DNA of 64,000 nucleotides from the NCBI RefSeq assembly GCF_009914755.1, contig NC_060946.1; one strand, 5' to 3'. The notes beneath the pieces were generated by a model. That model had not been told where the DNA came from and searched no databases. It was given only the letters and a program-made list of their open reading frames with translations. Numbering within the stretch: the stretch's first letter is position 1; each line of letters opens with the position of its first letter. The position numbers were made by a program, and so were the translations under genes. This stretch comes from the human T2T-CHM13v2.0 reference genome, Homo sapiens. Below are positions 15,540-30,612 of this stretch, piece by piece.

Positions 15540-15717
15540 ACCGCCAATGGGTGAAATCCAAAGCAGCAGCTGGTGTATCCATTAACATTCTCAAAACAGG
15601 ATGCATCTGGACCCCTGTGTGCAATCTTCATAGCACACAGACACTAAACAGAAAGGCAGTCATTGCTGCCAAACAGGACCCAAATGTCACACACAGTGCA
15701 ATGAAGCTATAAGCTCC
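15540..15717 (-). pseudogene. ASNSP: Asparagine synthetase pseudogene fragment (first coding exon, unprocessed, 3'-truncated)
   Basis: Minus strand ctctccatag|GGAGC... then (GTG)[49 protein letters not shown], versus [58 protein letters not shown]>GTG at 15694; codon 17 is TAG (15646-15644). Confidence 0.93.
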
Positions 15718-17456
15718 CTATGGAGAGAAAAGTAGACAAATCAAAAATATTCAATATCCAATCCAAGTCCACATTAAATCTTGATTCCAGAAACGTGCAT
15801 TAACCACTTCAAAGACTAAAATTTAAGCCATCTTTTCTATAGCGATTTCCCATTTGGTTGGCAGGCATACAGGAGTAGAGAATGATTTAATTTACTTACA
15901 AGTATTCAGAAAAGATAGTGACCTCTACATTCAACCAGCTACAGCAGCTTAGCACCCAGCCAAAGCCTGCATCTCTCCCACCTTAAGATTTAGTGGTTGG
16001 CTAGAGTTAGCAGCATCCAGGCCACATCTATCTCTGCATTCTAAGTTTGCTTCCAAGATAAAGATACAAATGCAGGCTGGCTCCAACCTAGCCAGAGATC
16101 CCAGCCCCACTCTCTGCATCCCAAAATCCCTCAAAGACCCAAGAGACTTTCCAGATTTCTACAGTCTCCTAACAGGTCCCCTTGACAGTTAAATGCCCTC
16201 TCTTTACCTCAACTAGCTGCAGGTAGAATATAATGGGTACAGCAGAAAGTCACTGTAAGTGTAATATGAAGATACACAGCCCTTTTAAGCATTTCATTAT
16301 ATTACATCTAGCTTACTTCTAAGTGATTTATTCAGATGTGACTGAAGAAAGTCTAAAGGGAAAAAAAAACAATTTAATTTGATAAATTAAATTATCAATT
16401 ATAGCCAAATTATTTGGGTATAACAAATTAAACATTTTAAGCAGACAGAAGATGCAAACATTTTAAGTTTACAGAAGATATAAAATGTTCACTATCAAAA
16501 TGTCGCAACTGATAAAAATGTTCTCAAATATTTCTGTCTCAAACTTGCATTGTTCATTAAGGAAGCAAAATAGGTGGGACATACACAGCAACAACATCCC
16601 TCAAAAAACACCTTGGCTCATTCCTATAAGCCAGGCAGCAAATACATCATCCTTACATATGTTAATTACCTTCCAATTTCAAATTCTCAACTGTGAAATA
16701 AAGGACCATTTTATTTGGCTGCTTCCAGTTCAATATGACTGTTTTTATTAAAACATCTCTAACTTGAAAAATATTTGGTGTTTTCTAAAAAACTGCAAAT
16801 TGCCACAAATGGCCAGATAATTTGGAATAAACACCCTACAGAAAAAAATATATATTCAAGTTGCATAAGTCACTTTGAGCAATCCTTTGAGGATATTTCA
16901 TTTATATCTAAATGAACCACAGGTTTAGCTGGCTTTTCTGGAAAACCAGAAGCAAATAATGTATGATTATAATGAAAACCATCTCAAGCAATTTTGAAAT
17001 GAAGTACCACATGTCTTATGCTGTCCCTTCCATGCACTTGACAAAACAGCCTATAACAAATTGTTTACTTTGAGATTTAGCAGGAAAATTCCATGAGGTT
17101 TAAAAGAGATGACTAATAATAAGCCATCTACCTTTGACTCTATTCCAATTAAAAATGGGTTAGGAAAGTGCTTTGAAAATCAAGTGTGTTCATCAGGGAA
17201 TCATTTACCTAAGTCTTCTTAACACTGCTTAGTGAATATTAAGCCTGATATAGTAAATACACGCTAACCACTAAATTGAAGGGGAAAGAGGGAGAACAAA
17301 GAGACATGTAAAGTACACTTACTTTTTCTAGTAGGAAAAAGCCAATTAAAACTATCACCTATTAGTTTTATTGGAATCAGTCTTACAGGAGGTCAAACTT
17401 CCTACTGTTGCTACCTATTCTCAATATTTTTCTTATTTCTTCCTAAACTTCTAGAG

Positions 17457-17757
17457 CCGTGCTGTCCAATAAATATGTGAGCCACATATGTAATTTTAAA
17501 TGTACTAGTAAGCCCCATTAAAAGGTGAAATTAATTTTAAATATACTTAACTCAGTATGTCCCAAATAGTAATCATAGTAATAATTTTAACATGTAATCA
17601 ATATAAAAAATTATCAAGCAGATATTCTACGCTGTTCTTCCCACTCCAATGACAAAATCCAGTATATTTAACACAACACATCTCAATTAGGACTAGCCAG
17701 GATTTCAAGTGCTCAATAGTTACAGGTGGCTAGCGCCTACTGAATTGGACACTGCAG
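17457..17757. mobile_element. MER33-like hAT-Charlie DNA transposon
   Basis: Terminal inverted repeats gtgctgtccaat ... attggacactgc; internal gagccacatatgtaattttaaa. Confidence 0.8.
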
Positions 17758-19297
17758 TTTCAGTGCATTGAATTTCTATCCCACTTAGCGCTAATTAAAA
17801 CTTCACCCTCTCACCTGATAATTATGCTAAGATCTCAGAAAGTAACCCACTACAGGCAGTTTCAAGCCCTAATTTACCTCTAATTACTCTTACAGCAATG
17901 CGATGAATCATGATTTAAAATTTAAAAAAAAAATTGCTGTTAAATTATTAGTCAAGCGCCCAGGGCAATGGACAGTAAAGAAATAATGTAGGCCATGGGC
18001 CGAGATGACAAAACGGTCCTTTTATTTAAAGCTATAACAATAATCTGAAGCCAGCCCTGTAAAATAGACATCCATTGAAAAAGTCATGATAGTTCTTTTG
18101 CTTTTTTGTGTACTTGGCCTCCTGTGTCCCTAAACAGACCTCTTCTCAGCAGGGTTTGCTCAGCAAGTCACTTGTTGAGTCTTGCGGTCAGCAGAGGGGG
18201 TAGGGAATGGCAGGGACTGGCATAGGAGTGAGGGGGAGGAGGCCAGGTGAGGGGGGCCAGGTGAGGAGGGGGGCACTTCAAGGGGAGTTCAAGACCAGCC
18301 TGGGCAACATGGTGAGACCACCGCCCCTCACCGCCGCCATCTCTGGTCTCACTCTGGTCTCACACACATGCACAAATTAAATTTAATTTAAAAATTAAAA
18401 AATTGTTTTAAAATAAGTGGAATATTTACATGGATTATGTATACATTCATTTTGTAGAACTATAGATCCCATGTAACTGGTAACTCTTTACTCTTCTAAC
18501 ACAACATTTATTTAGCCACAAATGAAAGACCAGTGATGTAGCCTGTACACAAAAAAGTAAGAAAACACTGGTTAGGCTGGGGCAGGGGTGGGGGGAAGAG
18601 ATCTACAAATTTAAAATTTTATTGGGAAGGATCACTAATTAGAATCAGAACAATTACTGCTTTAAAGTAGTTAAGAACAGAGCACAAGGAACCCAGAGAA
18701 GAAGCAGATATGATTCAGAGCAGAGCTTACAGAGCAGATGGTATCTGAGCCGAGACTGATAGAATAACATTAATAAGGGCATTCACGGCCATTTATTATC
18801 ACTTAACTGCAATGCATTTTGTATAAGTTATTTCTACTCTTCATATCAACCATGGAAAATAATACTTATTCTTCTCTTTTGAAGTTAAAGAAGTGGTAAG
18901 TGGTCTAAGAAGATAAATTAACATACCAACACCAAATAGCTCAAGTTCAGTGACTCAAGAGGGCCCGCGTCTCCCCAAGAGGTTGCTCAGCAGGCAGACG
19001 AGGTAGAGAGCCCTTCCAAGAAGTGACAGTGAGATGTGAAAGGTCCCAGTGTGTCTCTGAGAACAACAGAAACCAGTATGTAGACCAAGTGGGAAAAGCC
19101 ACGGAAGAGGCAGGGATTTCCTCTTAAGATAGCAAGAATAAACAGAGCAGGGCTGAGGAAAGCCATGGAAAACGGGCAGAATGCCATGCATTTAGTGAGA
19201 AAAAGACAACTTTTACTTTAGAAAAGGGGAAAGAATGGTGGTGGTCTAGGTAAGCCTAGAAGCAGAGGAAAGGGCAATGGAGAAAAAATAAACAAAA

Positions 19298-19700
19298 TGT
19301 ATGAGTCAGGGTTCTCCAGAGGGACAGAACCAACAAGATACAGGTATATGTATAAGGGAGTTTACGAGAGAGAATTGGTTCACACGGTTAGAAGGCAGTC
19401 CCACAATAGGCTGTCTGCCAGGTAGGGAAAGAGAGAAGCTAGTAGTGGCTCAGTCCAAGTCCAAAAGCCTCAAAACCAGGAAAGCCCGCAGTGCAGTCTT
19501 CAGTATGAGGCCGAGGGCCTGAGAGCCTCGGGGAAGCCGCTGGTGCAAGTCCCAGAGTCCAAAGGCATAAGAACCTGGAGTCTCATGTCCGAGGGCAGGA
19601 AGAAGGGAAGCAAGTGTCCTGCACGGGAAGAAGAAAAAAAGAGAGCCAGAAGCTTCAGCTAGCAAGGTTATCCCATCTTCCTCCGCCTGCTTTATTCTAT
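19298..19700 (-). mobile_element. MLT2-type (ERVL) LTR, truncated by the satellite
   Basis: tgtatgagtcagggttctccagagggacagaac...tcccacaataggctgtctgc...ctgctttattcta. Confidence 0.8.
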
Positions 19701-19704
19701 ACAG

Positions 19705-21828
<2,124 letters not shown>

Positions 21829-21829
21829 T

Positions 21830-22372
21830 GAGTTTCTAGAATGTATTTGAGGAGGGTGACGGGCGGTGTGTGCATGCTTCATGGCCTTATTCAATTAAAC
21901 ACTCTGCTCTCAATTTATTGCTAAATCCTCCTTGAGCCCTTAGATTTCATAACGGTTGTCGCGACATTTTTCTGGATGTAGAAAACGTTCCTATTTCTTG
22001 CCACCTCATGGGCTACACCTTGAACTAAAGTTTTTATGTAGATACTTGTGCTTACTCTGCGGCCTTTCCAGGGTTTGCTGAAGATGGAGGTATTTAGGCT
22101 GGGCAAGAGGTGGTGAGGTAAATTGGGGTTTATCGATTATAGAACAGCCTCCTTTAGAGGGATATAAAGCACCGCCAAGTCCTTTGAGTTTTAAGCTGTT
22201 GCTTGTAGTGTTCTGGTGAACAGTTTTGTTGATCTAACTATTCGAGTTTAGAGTTAAGCATAGCGGGGTATCTACTCCCAGTTTGGATCTTAGCTATTTT
22301 GTCTTCAGAATATTAAAGGCACCTTCGTAGTTATTTCAGCTGGGGATTTTTTTACAACTTTTTTACAACTTA
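21830..22372 (-). pseudogene. MT-RNR1-like: NUMT: mitochondrial 12S rRNA fragment
   Basis: Reverse complement contains cacacaccgcccgtcaccctcctc, aaactcaaaggacttggcggtgc and aaactgggagtagataccccgctat, which are 12S landmarks. Confidence 0.95.
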
Positions 22373-22381
22373 TTTAGAAAC

Positions 22382-22431
22382 TTTCAGGTTTCTAAATATA
22401 TGAATGAACCATAATATAAGCCTCGGCCAAT
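22382..22431 (-). pseudogene. MT-CYB-like: NUMT: ~50-bp CYTB fragment
   Basis: Minus strand attggccgaggcttatattatggttcattcatatatttagaaacctgaaa = IGRGLYYGSFMYLETW (mt code), the cytochrome b GRGLYYGS...ETWN motif. Confidence 0.8.
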
Positions 22432-23477
22432 ACAATGCTGGTTAGGCCTCCTACTGTAAAAAGAAAAATAAATCCCCGGGCTCACAGCATTGCGGGGGAT
22501 CATTTGATATTACCGCCGTGAAGTGTAGCTAGCTAGTCAGCTAAAAACTTTGACGCTAGTAGGAATAGCAATAATTATAATAGCAGAGGTGAAGCAGGCT
22601 CATGTATCCACATCTATCCCTACCGTAAATATACGGTGGGCCCATACAATAAACCGTAAGGACCCAACTGATCCTATAGCTCACACTAGGCCCATATACC
22701 TGAATGGTTCTTTTTTCTTCCAGAATAGTATGTTACGACGTGGGAAATTATCCCAAAGCCCAGTGGGATGAGGATGTAGACTTCAGGGTGACCAAAGAAT
22801 CTGAATAAATGCTGAAATAAGATAGGATCACCTCCGCCAGCCAGATAGAAAAAAGTAGTATTAAGATTGCAGTCAGTTAACAATATAGTGATGCCGGCGG
22901 CTAGGACTCGGAGACAAAGGAGTAGAAGAACTGCTGTAATTAGGACTAATCAGATGAAGAGGGGTGTGTGATATTGGGACATGGCTGGGGGTTTTATATT
23001 AACAATTGTGGTAATAAAGTTAATAGCCCCTGAAGTAGAAGAAACACCTGTCAAGTGGAGTGAAAAGATAGTGAAATCTACAGAGGCGCCTGCATGTGTT
23101 AGGATTACTGCTAAGGGAGGAGAGACTGTTCAGCCGGTTCCAGTGCCGGCTTCTACTATAGTGGATGCAAGTAATAAAAGGAAGGAGGGTGGGAGGAGTC
23201 AGAAGCTCATATTATTTATGCAGAGAAATGCTATATCGGGGGCGCCAATTATCGGGGGACTAATCAGTTGCCAAGACCTCCAATTATAGTATTACCATAA
23301 AGAAAATTATGACAAATGCATAGGCTATAACAATGACATAAATTTGATAATCTAGTAGAGTTCAGCTCGAATAAGGCTTAAAGCTGTACTGACTATCCCT
23401 GCTCATGTGCCAAATAATAAATATAATGTCTCGATATCTTTATGGTTGGTTGAGAATAGTCAACTGTCAGCCAACAT
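22425..23477 (-). pseudogene. MT-CO1-like: NUMT: COX1 5' two-thirds, decayed
   Basis: ATG at 23477: MLADSWLFSTNHKDI...; contains [30 protein letters not shown]; indels present. Confidence 0.96.
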
Positions 23478-23496
23478 AAATGAAGTGAGAAAAAAG

Positions 23497-23768
23497 GGTA
23501 AAATGACTGAGTAGGGCATTAGACTGTACATCTAAAAACAGAGGTCAACGCCTGTTTTTACCAGTCCCAAGGTGATTTTCATGTTGAATTGTAAATTCAA
23601 AGAAGCAGCTTCAATCCTGCTTCTCTCACCTTTTTTCCCCCAGCTGCTGGAGAAGTAGATTCAAACCAGTTGACTAGGGAGTTTAGCTGTTAACTTTTCA
23701 TGGGTTTAAGTCTCATCAATTTAGTAAGAACTTAGCTTACTTAAAGTGATTGATCTGTATTCAATTGA
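23497..23768 (+). pseudogene. NUMT: tRNA-Tyr, tRNA-Cys, OL, tRNA-Asn and partial tRNA-Ala pseudogenes
   Basis: ggtaaaatgactgag...ttacca (Tyr 23497-23563); Cys-like with anticodon decayed to GTA; OL-like cttctc...gagaag; tagattcaaaccagttga (Asn); aagaacttagctta (Ala, truncated). Order matches mtDNA upstream of COX1. Confidence 0.88.
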
Positions 23769-23786
23769 CCAAGGGTGTTCTGTATC

Positions 23787-24750
23787 TGAGAAAGTACATT
23801 TCAGGGTCACCATACAACAACTGTTCAAAAAGGCCTCCAATATGGGACAGTCCTATTTATTATCTCAGAAATATTCCTCTTCGCTGGATTCTTTTGAGCA
23901 TTCTACCATTCTAGCCTAGCCCCTACTCCAGAATTAGGAGGGCATTGACCCCCAACAGGTATTTCTCCCCTTGACCCCCTGGAAGTACCTCTCCTGAATC
24001 CATCTGTATTACTTGCATCAGGAATTTCAATTACTTGAGCCCATCACAGCCTAACAAAAAATAATCAAAAACATACAATCCAAGCACTACTTGTTACAAT
24101 TATATTAGATATTTACTTCACCTTCCTACAAGTCTCAGAATACTTCAAAGCTCCCTTTGTTATTTCTGATGGTATTTATGGCTCAACATTTTTTTATAGC
24201 TACAGGCTTTCACAGAATTCACATCATTATTGGATCAACATTCCTCAGTCTGCCTTCTCCGCCAATTAAAATACCACTTTACATCTAGTCATCATTTTGC
24301 CTTTGAAGCCGCTGCCTGATATCGACACTTTGTAGATATAGTATGACTATTCTTGTATGTTTCTATTTATTGATGAGGATCTTACTCTTTTAGTATAAAT
24401 AGTACCATGATTTCCAAAGTTTTGATAGCATCCGAAAAACAGTAATTCACCTAACATTAACCCTAGTAATCAACACCCTATTAGCCCTGTTACTAATAAT
24501 TATTACATTTTGGCTCCCACAACTTAATATATATATGTAGAGAAGAGAGAAAAAAATATATATATGTATAAAATAAATATATATAGAAAAATCTAGCCCT
24601 TATGAATGCAGATTTGACCCTCTATCCTCTGCCCACATTCCCTTCTCCATAAAATTCTTTCTAGTAGACATCACATTTCCCCTATTTGAGTTAGAACTCG
24701 CCCTACTACTACCCTTACTGTGAGCCCTTCAAACAATCTGATACTAATAA
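23787..24750 (+). pseudogene. MT-CO3/MT-ND3-like: NUMT: COX3 3' part (to about 24382), tRNA-Gly (about 24384-24443), ND3 5' part
   Basis: [21 protein letters not shown]...[26 protein letters not shown] (mt code); actcttttagtataaatagtac (Gly); ND3 [11 protein letters not shown] with an AT-rich insertion at about 24525-24585. Confidence 0.95.
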
Positions 24751-27700
24751 TCCCTGCGATATGTGTAGTGACTTCATACTTCACCCCCCCCCGGATATTA
24801 CGGCCAATATCAGAGTGGAGTGTGCACCCCCTGCAATATGGGGAGTGATATCATCCTCTCCCCACTGGATGTTATGGACAATATCACAGGAGGTTTACTT
24901 TCTCTGGGTTATGGGGAAAAATATCCTCCTGTCCCCGCCTGGATGTTAGACATATTTAGAGGGGGGTGTCCACCCCCTGTGATATGGGGAGTAGTAATAT
25001 CCTCTCCTGCCCTGGATGTTATGGACAATATATAGGGAGATGTACAATCCCTTCGATATGGGGAGTAATATCATCCTCTTCCCCCTAAACGTTACGAACA
25101 GTATCACAGGGGGATGTACACCCCCTGCAATATCTGGAGTAGTATCATCCCCTTCTTCCCTAAATGTTACAGAGACTATCACAGGGGTGTGTACACCTTC
25201 TGAAACATGGGAATAATATTCTCTTCCCCTCTGGATGTTATTATGGACAACATTACAGCCGTGTGCACCCTCTATGATATGCAGAGTAATATCATCCTCT
25301 CCCCCCCGGATGTAAGTGACAATACCACAAACGGGTTTACATCCCCCGTGATATGGGGAGTAATATCATCCTCTTTCCCACTGGATATTAACAATATCAC
25401 TTGGGGTGTGCAACCCCTGTGATATTCGGGATAATATCTTCTAATCCACTGAAAGTTATAAACAATATCACCAGTGTACACTCCCTGTGATATTGGAAGT
25501 AATATCATCCTCTAATCCCCTAAAAATTATGAACAGTATCACAGGGGAGTGTATACTTCCTACTATATTGGGAGTAATATCATCCTGTCGTCTTCTAAAT
25601 ATTATGAACAATATTACAGGGGATGTAACACTCCCTGCCATATGTGGAGTAATATCATCCTCTCCTTCCCTAAATATTGTGAACAATATCACAGGAGGTT
25701 GTACACAATCTGCGATATTGTTTGTAGTATCCAGTGGGAAAGAGGATGCTATTATTCCCCATATCACAGGGGTTGTACACCCCCACTGTGATATATTCAA
25801 TAACATCCAGAAGTAATATTACTGACAAAATTGCAGGGGGTGTAAACCCCACCTGTGATAACGTTCCTAATATCCCTGGGAAGAGAGGATGATATTATTC
25901 CCAATATTGCAGGGGGTGTACACCCACCCTATGATATTGTTATTAATACCCAGGAGGGGAGACAATGGTATTACTCACAGTATCAAAGAGGTTGTACAGC
26001 CCCCCTGTGATAGTTTCTAATATCCAGGGGGTGTATACCACCCTTGTGATATTGTTTCTAATATGTAGGGGGAAGGACAATGATATTACTGTCCGTATCA
26101 CAGGGGGTGTACAACAAGCCGCCCGGGATATCATTCCTAATATCCATGGGAAGAAAGAATATTATAATATCACAGAAGTTGTACACCCCCTCTGTGATAT
26201 TGTTCCTAATATCAAAGACAGAAGGGTATGATGTTCTTCCCAAAATCACAGGAAGTGTATACACACCCTGTGCTATTTTTCCTAATATCGAGAGTGAGAG
26301 ACAATGATACTTCCAATATCGTAAGGAGTGTACACTCTCCCCATGATACCAGGTGGGGAAATGTTGATATTACTCCAAATGTCACAGTGGGTGTACACAC
26401 GTTTTGCGATATTGTTCCTAATAGCAAGTGGGGAGGAGGATTGTATTACTCCCACCATATTACTCCCCACACCCCATTATACTGTTTTTAATATCCAGAT
26501 TTGGAGAGGATGATATTACTCCCAAAATCTCAGGAGGTGTAGACCCCTTCTGTGATACTGTTTCTTATATCCAGGGGAAGACTAGATGATAGTACTCCCA
26601 ACAGTGCAGGGTGTTACACGCCACCCCCCATGATATTGTCTCTAATATCAAGTTGGGGAGAGGATGATATTGCTCCAAAGGTGCACACCAGCACTGTGAT
26701 ATTATTCCTAGTATCCAGAGAAGGAGAGAATGGTATTATTTTTAATATCACAGAGGGTGCACACCCCCCTTGTGATACTGCTCCTAACATCCAAGGGGTA
26801 GAGGATGAAATTACTCCCAATATCACAGTGGGTATAAACCCCCCGTGGTATTGTTCCTAATATCCAGGGGGTATAGGATGATAGTACTATAAATATCGCA
26901 AGGGGTGTACACCCTTCTGATATTGTTACTAATATCCGTGGGGGGAGTCGATGATATTACTTCCAATATCACAGGGCATGTACACCCCCCTTGTGATATT
27001 GTTCCTAATATCCTGGGAGGAGACTACGATATTACTGGCAATATCGCAGGGTGTGTGCATTCCCGTGATATTGTTCCTAATGTCCAGCAATGGAGAAAAT
27101 ATTACTCCCAATATGGTGGGGGTGTACACTTCCCATGCGATATCATTCCTAATATCCATGGGGGAAAAGGATGATATTACTCTAAATGTCGCAGGAGGTG
27201 TAAACCGCCCCTGTGATATTGTTCTCAATATCCATGGGGGGAGAGAATGATATTACTCCCAATATCACAGGTGGTGTACACCCCTCCTGTTATATTATTC
27301 CTAATATCCAGGTTGGGAGAGAATAATATTACAGGTAAAATAGCAGGGGGTGTACACTCCGCCTGTGATATTGTTCCTAATATCTCGGGGAAGAGTGGAC
27401 AATATTACTCTCAATATCGCAGGATGTGTACACCCCCTTTGTGATATTGTTCCTAATATCCATAGGGGGAGAGGGTGATACCACTCCCAATAGTGCAGAA
27501 AAGGTACAGCCCCGCTGTGATATCATTCCTAATATCCAGAGGGGACAGGATGATATTACTCCCAATATCACAGAGGGCATACACCCCCTCCCCATGATAT
27601 TGTTCATAATACCCAGGGGGTAGAGGATGATATTACTCCCAATATCGCAGTGGGTGTACAACCACCCTGTGATATTGTTCCTAATATCCATGTGGAAAGG

Positions 27701-28592
27701 GTATAAAGTTACTCCCAATATCACAGGGGTTGTACAACCCCCTTGTGATATTGTTCCTTATATTCGGGGGAGAGACAATGATATAGCTGTCCATATTGCA
27801 GGTGGTGTACAACCCCCTGGGAATTTGTTCCTAATATTCAGTGGGGAAGATGATATTAATTAAAATGTCACGGGGGGTATACAACCCCTTTGTGATATTA
27901 TTCCTAATATCCAGGGAAAGAAAGAATATTATTCCCAATATTGCAGGGGATGTACACCCCTCTCTGATACTCTTTCTAATATCCCTGGGGGGAGTCTATA
28001 ATATTACTGGCAATATCATAAGGAGTGTATACCCCCCGTTATATTGTTCCTTATGTCCAGCAAGGGAGAAAATATTAATCCCAATATGGAACAGGGTGTA
28101 GACACCCATGAGTTATTGTTCCTAATATCCAGGGAGGGAAAGGATGATATTACTCCCAATGTTGCAGTGGTGTATAACCCCCCGTGATATTGTTCCTAAT
28201 ATCTAGGTGGGGAAAGTACAGTATTACTCCCAATATAGCAGGGGTTGTACACCACCTTTGTGATATTGTTCTACATATCCATGGGGAAAGAAAATGATAG
28301 TACTCCCCAATATCACAGGTGGTGTACAACCCCTTGTGATACTGTTTCTAATATCCATGTTGGGGGAGGATATTACTCCCAATATTGCACGTGTTGCACA
28401 GACCCCCTTTGATATTGCTTGTACTATGCAGGGTGTGGGGGGAGAGGATGATATTGGGAGTAATATCACCCTCTCTCCCCGGATATTAAAAGCAACATTC
28501 AGGGTGGTCGACACTTCCTGCAATATTGAGTATAATATCCTCTCCCAACCTGGATATTAGGAACAATATCACAGGGGCATGTACACTCCCTT
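24750..28592. repeat. SATR1/SATR2-type satellite, right block
   Basis: Same ~73-bp unit; reverse orientation to about 25700, forward to about 28450, then reverse again. Confidence 0.88.
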
Positions 28593-30612
28593 CCTTTCAC
28601 CATATACAAAAATCAACTCAAGATGGATGAAGGACTTATGTAAGACCCAAAACTATATAAACCCTAGAAGAAAACTTAGGAAATATCATTCTGGACATAG
28701 GCGCAGGCAAATATTTCATGATGAAGATTCCAAAAGCAATTGCAACAAGAAGAATTGACGAGTGGGACCTAATGAAACTAAAGAGCTTCAGCACAGCAAA
28801 AGAAACTATCAACAGAGAACACCCTACAGAACAGAAGAAAATATTTTCAAATTACATATCTGAAAAAGGTCTAATACTTAGCATGTATAAAGAATCAATA
28901 AGCAAAAAACAAACCCACTACAAATAGGCAAAGAACATGAACCCCCACATTCACCATCCTCAAGTCCATGTGCAACTTCTTTCTGGATGCTGGACAAGGA
29001 CTTGGGTACCAAGAGGGCACTGAACGGGTTAACACTTAAGCCGTCTGTGGATTCTTTTTTCAAAAGACAACGTATGTATGGCAAACAACCATATGAAAAA
29101 ATACTCAACATCACTAATCATCAGAAAATCAGAACCATGAGATACCATATCACACCGGTCAGAATGGCTATTATTAAAAAATCAAAACATAACAGACGGT
29201 GCCAAGTTTGTGGAAAAAAGGGAATGCTTATACACTGCTGGTGGTGATATAGAAAGGAGACAGGGAAATACTGGGTAGAAGAGAGTGGTTCCCTGGCAAA
29301 GCCCTGCCCACAAGCCTGGAAACCCATGGCCCTAAATGGGAACAGGCATTCCTGCTTTTGCACCCAAAAGTTGTCTTTCAGCTCACCATGCACCCCCTGT
29401 CCTGTACCCATATATGCCCCAGACCCCAGGCTCCAGAAGCAGACAAGCAGATGAGGAGATGAACAGAAGAGGAGAATTGCAGAATGATGTGGCAGAAAGA
29501 AGAGAAGGAGCATCTGAATGCCAAGACGAGTTTGGCTGGCAGTGGTTGGAGAGATCAGCCTCTGGATGGCAAAGCTCCCGGGGAAGATCATCTTCCCATT
29601 CCATCCCCTTTCCAGCTTCCCATCCATCCCATTAAGTGCCACCTCCACCACTCAATAAAACCCCCACATTCACCATCCTCAAGTCTGTGTGCAACTTAAT
29701 TCTTTCTGGATGCTGGACAAGGAACGGGGTACCAAGAGGGCACTGAACAGGTTAACACTTAAGCCGTCTGTGGATGGCAAAGCTAAAAGAGTGCACTGTA
29801 ACACATGCCCACTTGGGCTGTGGGAGTCGCAGGAACCCACCCCTAGACAGTACCATGGCCACTTGCCCTGCCTATTGCACCTGCCTGTCTGCATGCCTCC
29901 CTGCCCAGTAAGGGGTTTGACAGCACACACGGTGGCCAGACAAGCCACACCCCTGTTGCACATCCTGCCAAGGGGAGTCAGGGAAGTCTCCAGTTTCATC
30001 AGGAATGTAAATTTGTTCAGCCATTGTGGAAAGCAGTTTGGAGATTTCTGAAATAACTTAAAACAGAACTACCATTCAACCCAGCAATCCCATTATTGGG
30101 TATATACCCAAAGGAATATAAATCATTCTGTCATAGACATATGTATGCAAATTTTCATTATAACACTATTCACAATAGCAAAGACACGGAATCAACTTAG
30201 ATGCCTGTTAACAGAAGACTGGATTAAAAAAATGCAGCGTACATACACCATGGAATACTACACACCTATAAAATAGGATGAAATAATGTCTTTTGCAGCA
30301 ACATGATTGGAGCTGGATACCATTATTCTAAGTGAATTAATGCAGGAACAGAAAACCACACAAACACTGCATGTTCTCACTTATAAGTGGGGGCTAAACA
30401 TTGAGTCCACATGGACACAGAGAAGGGAACAATAGACACAAGGTCTACTGTGGGTGGAGGGTGGGGGGAGAGTGAGGATCAAAAAACTCCCTATTAGATA
30501 CTACGTTCACTACCTGGATGACTACGTAATCTGTACACCAATCCCATTGACACACATTTTACCCATATAATAAACCTGCACATGTACCCGCTGAACCTAA
30601 AATAAATGTTGG
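28593..30612 (+). mobile_element. L1 (older L1PA/L1PB-like) ORF2 3' part + 3'UTR, interrupted by LTR sequence
   Basis: caccatatacaaaaatcaactcaagatgga...; resumes ggaatgtaaatttgttcagcc after 29998; ends aacctgcacatgtacccgctgaacctaaaataaa. Confidence 0.92.
29245..29998 (+). mobile_element. Solo ERV1 LTR (LTR1/LTR27/LTR28-like)
   Basis: TG...CA termini (tgatatagaaaggagacagggaaatactgggtagaagag ... cagtttca), internal AATAAA at about 29654; splits the L1 at ctggtgg/gaatgtaa. Confidence 0.8.

Noticed and set aside
23497-24443. Functional tRNA genes, and the 12S segment as a functional rRNA
   Set aside because: These are decayed NUMT copies with broken stems, deletions and a mutated Cys anticodon.
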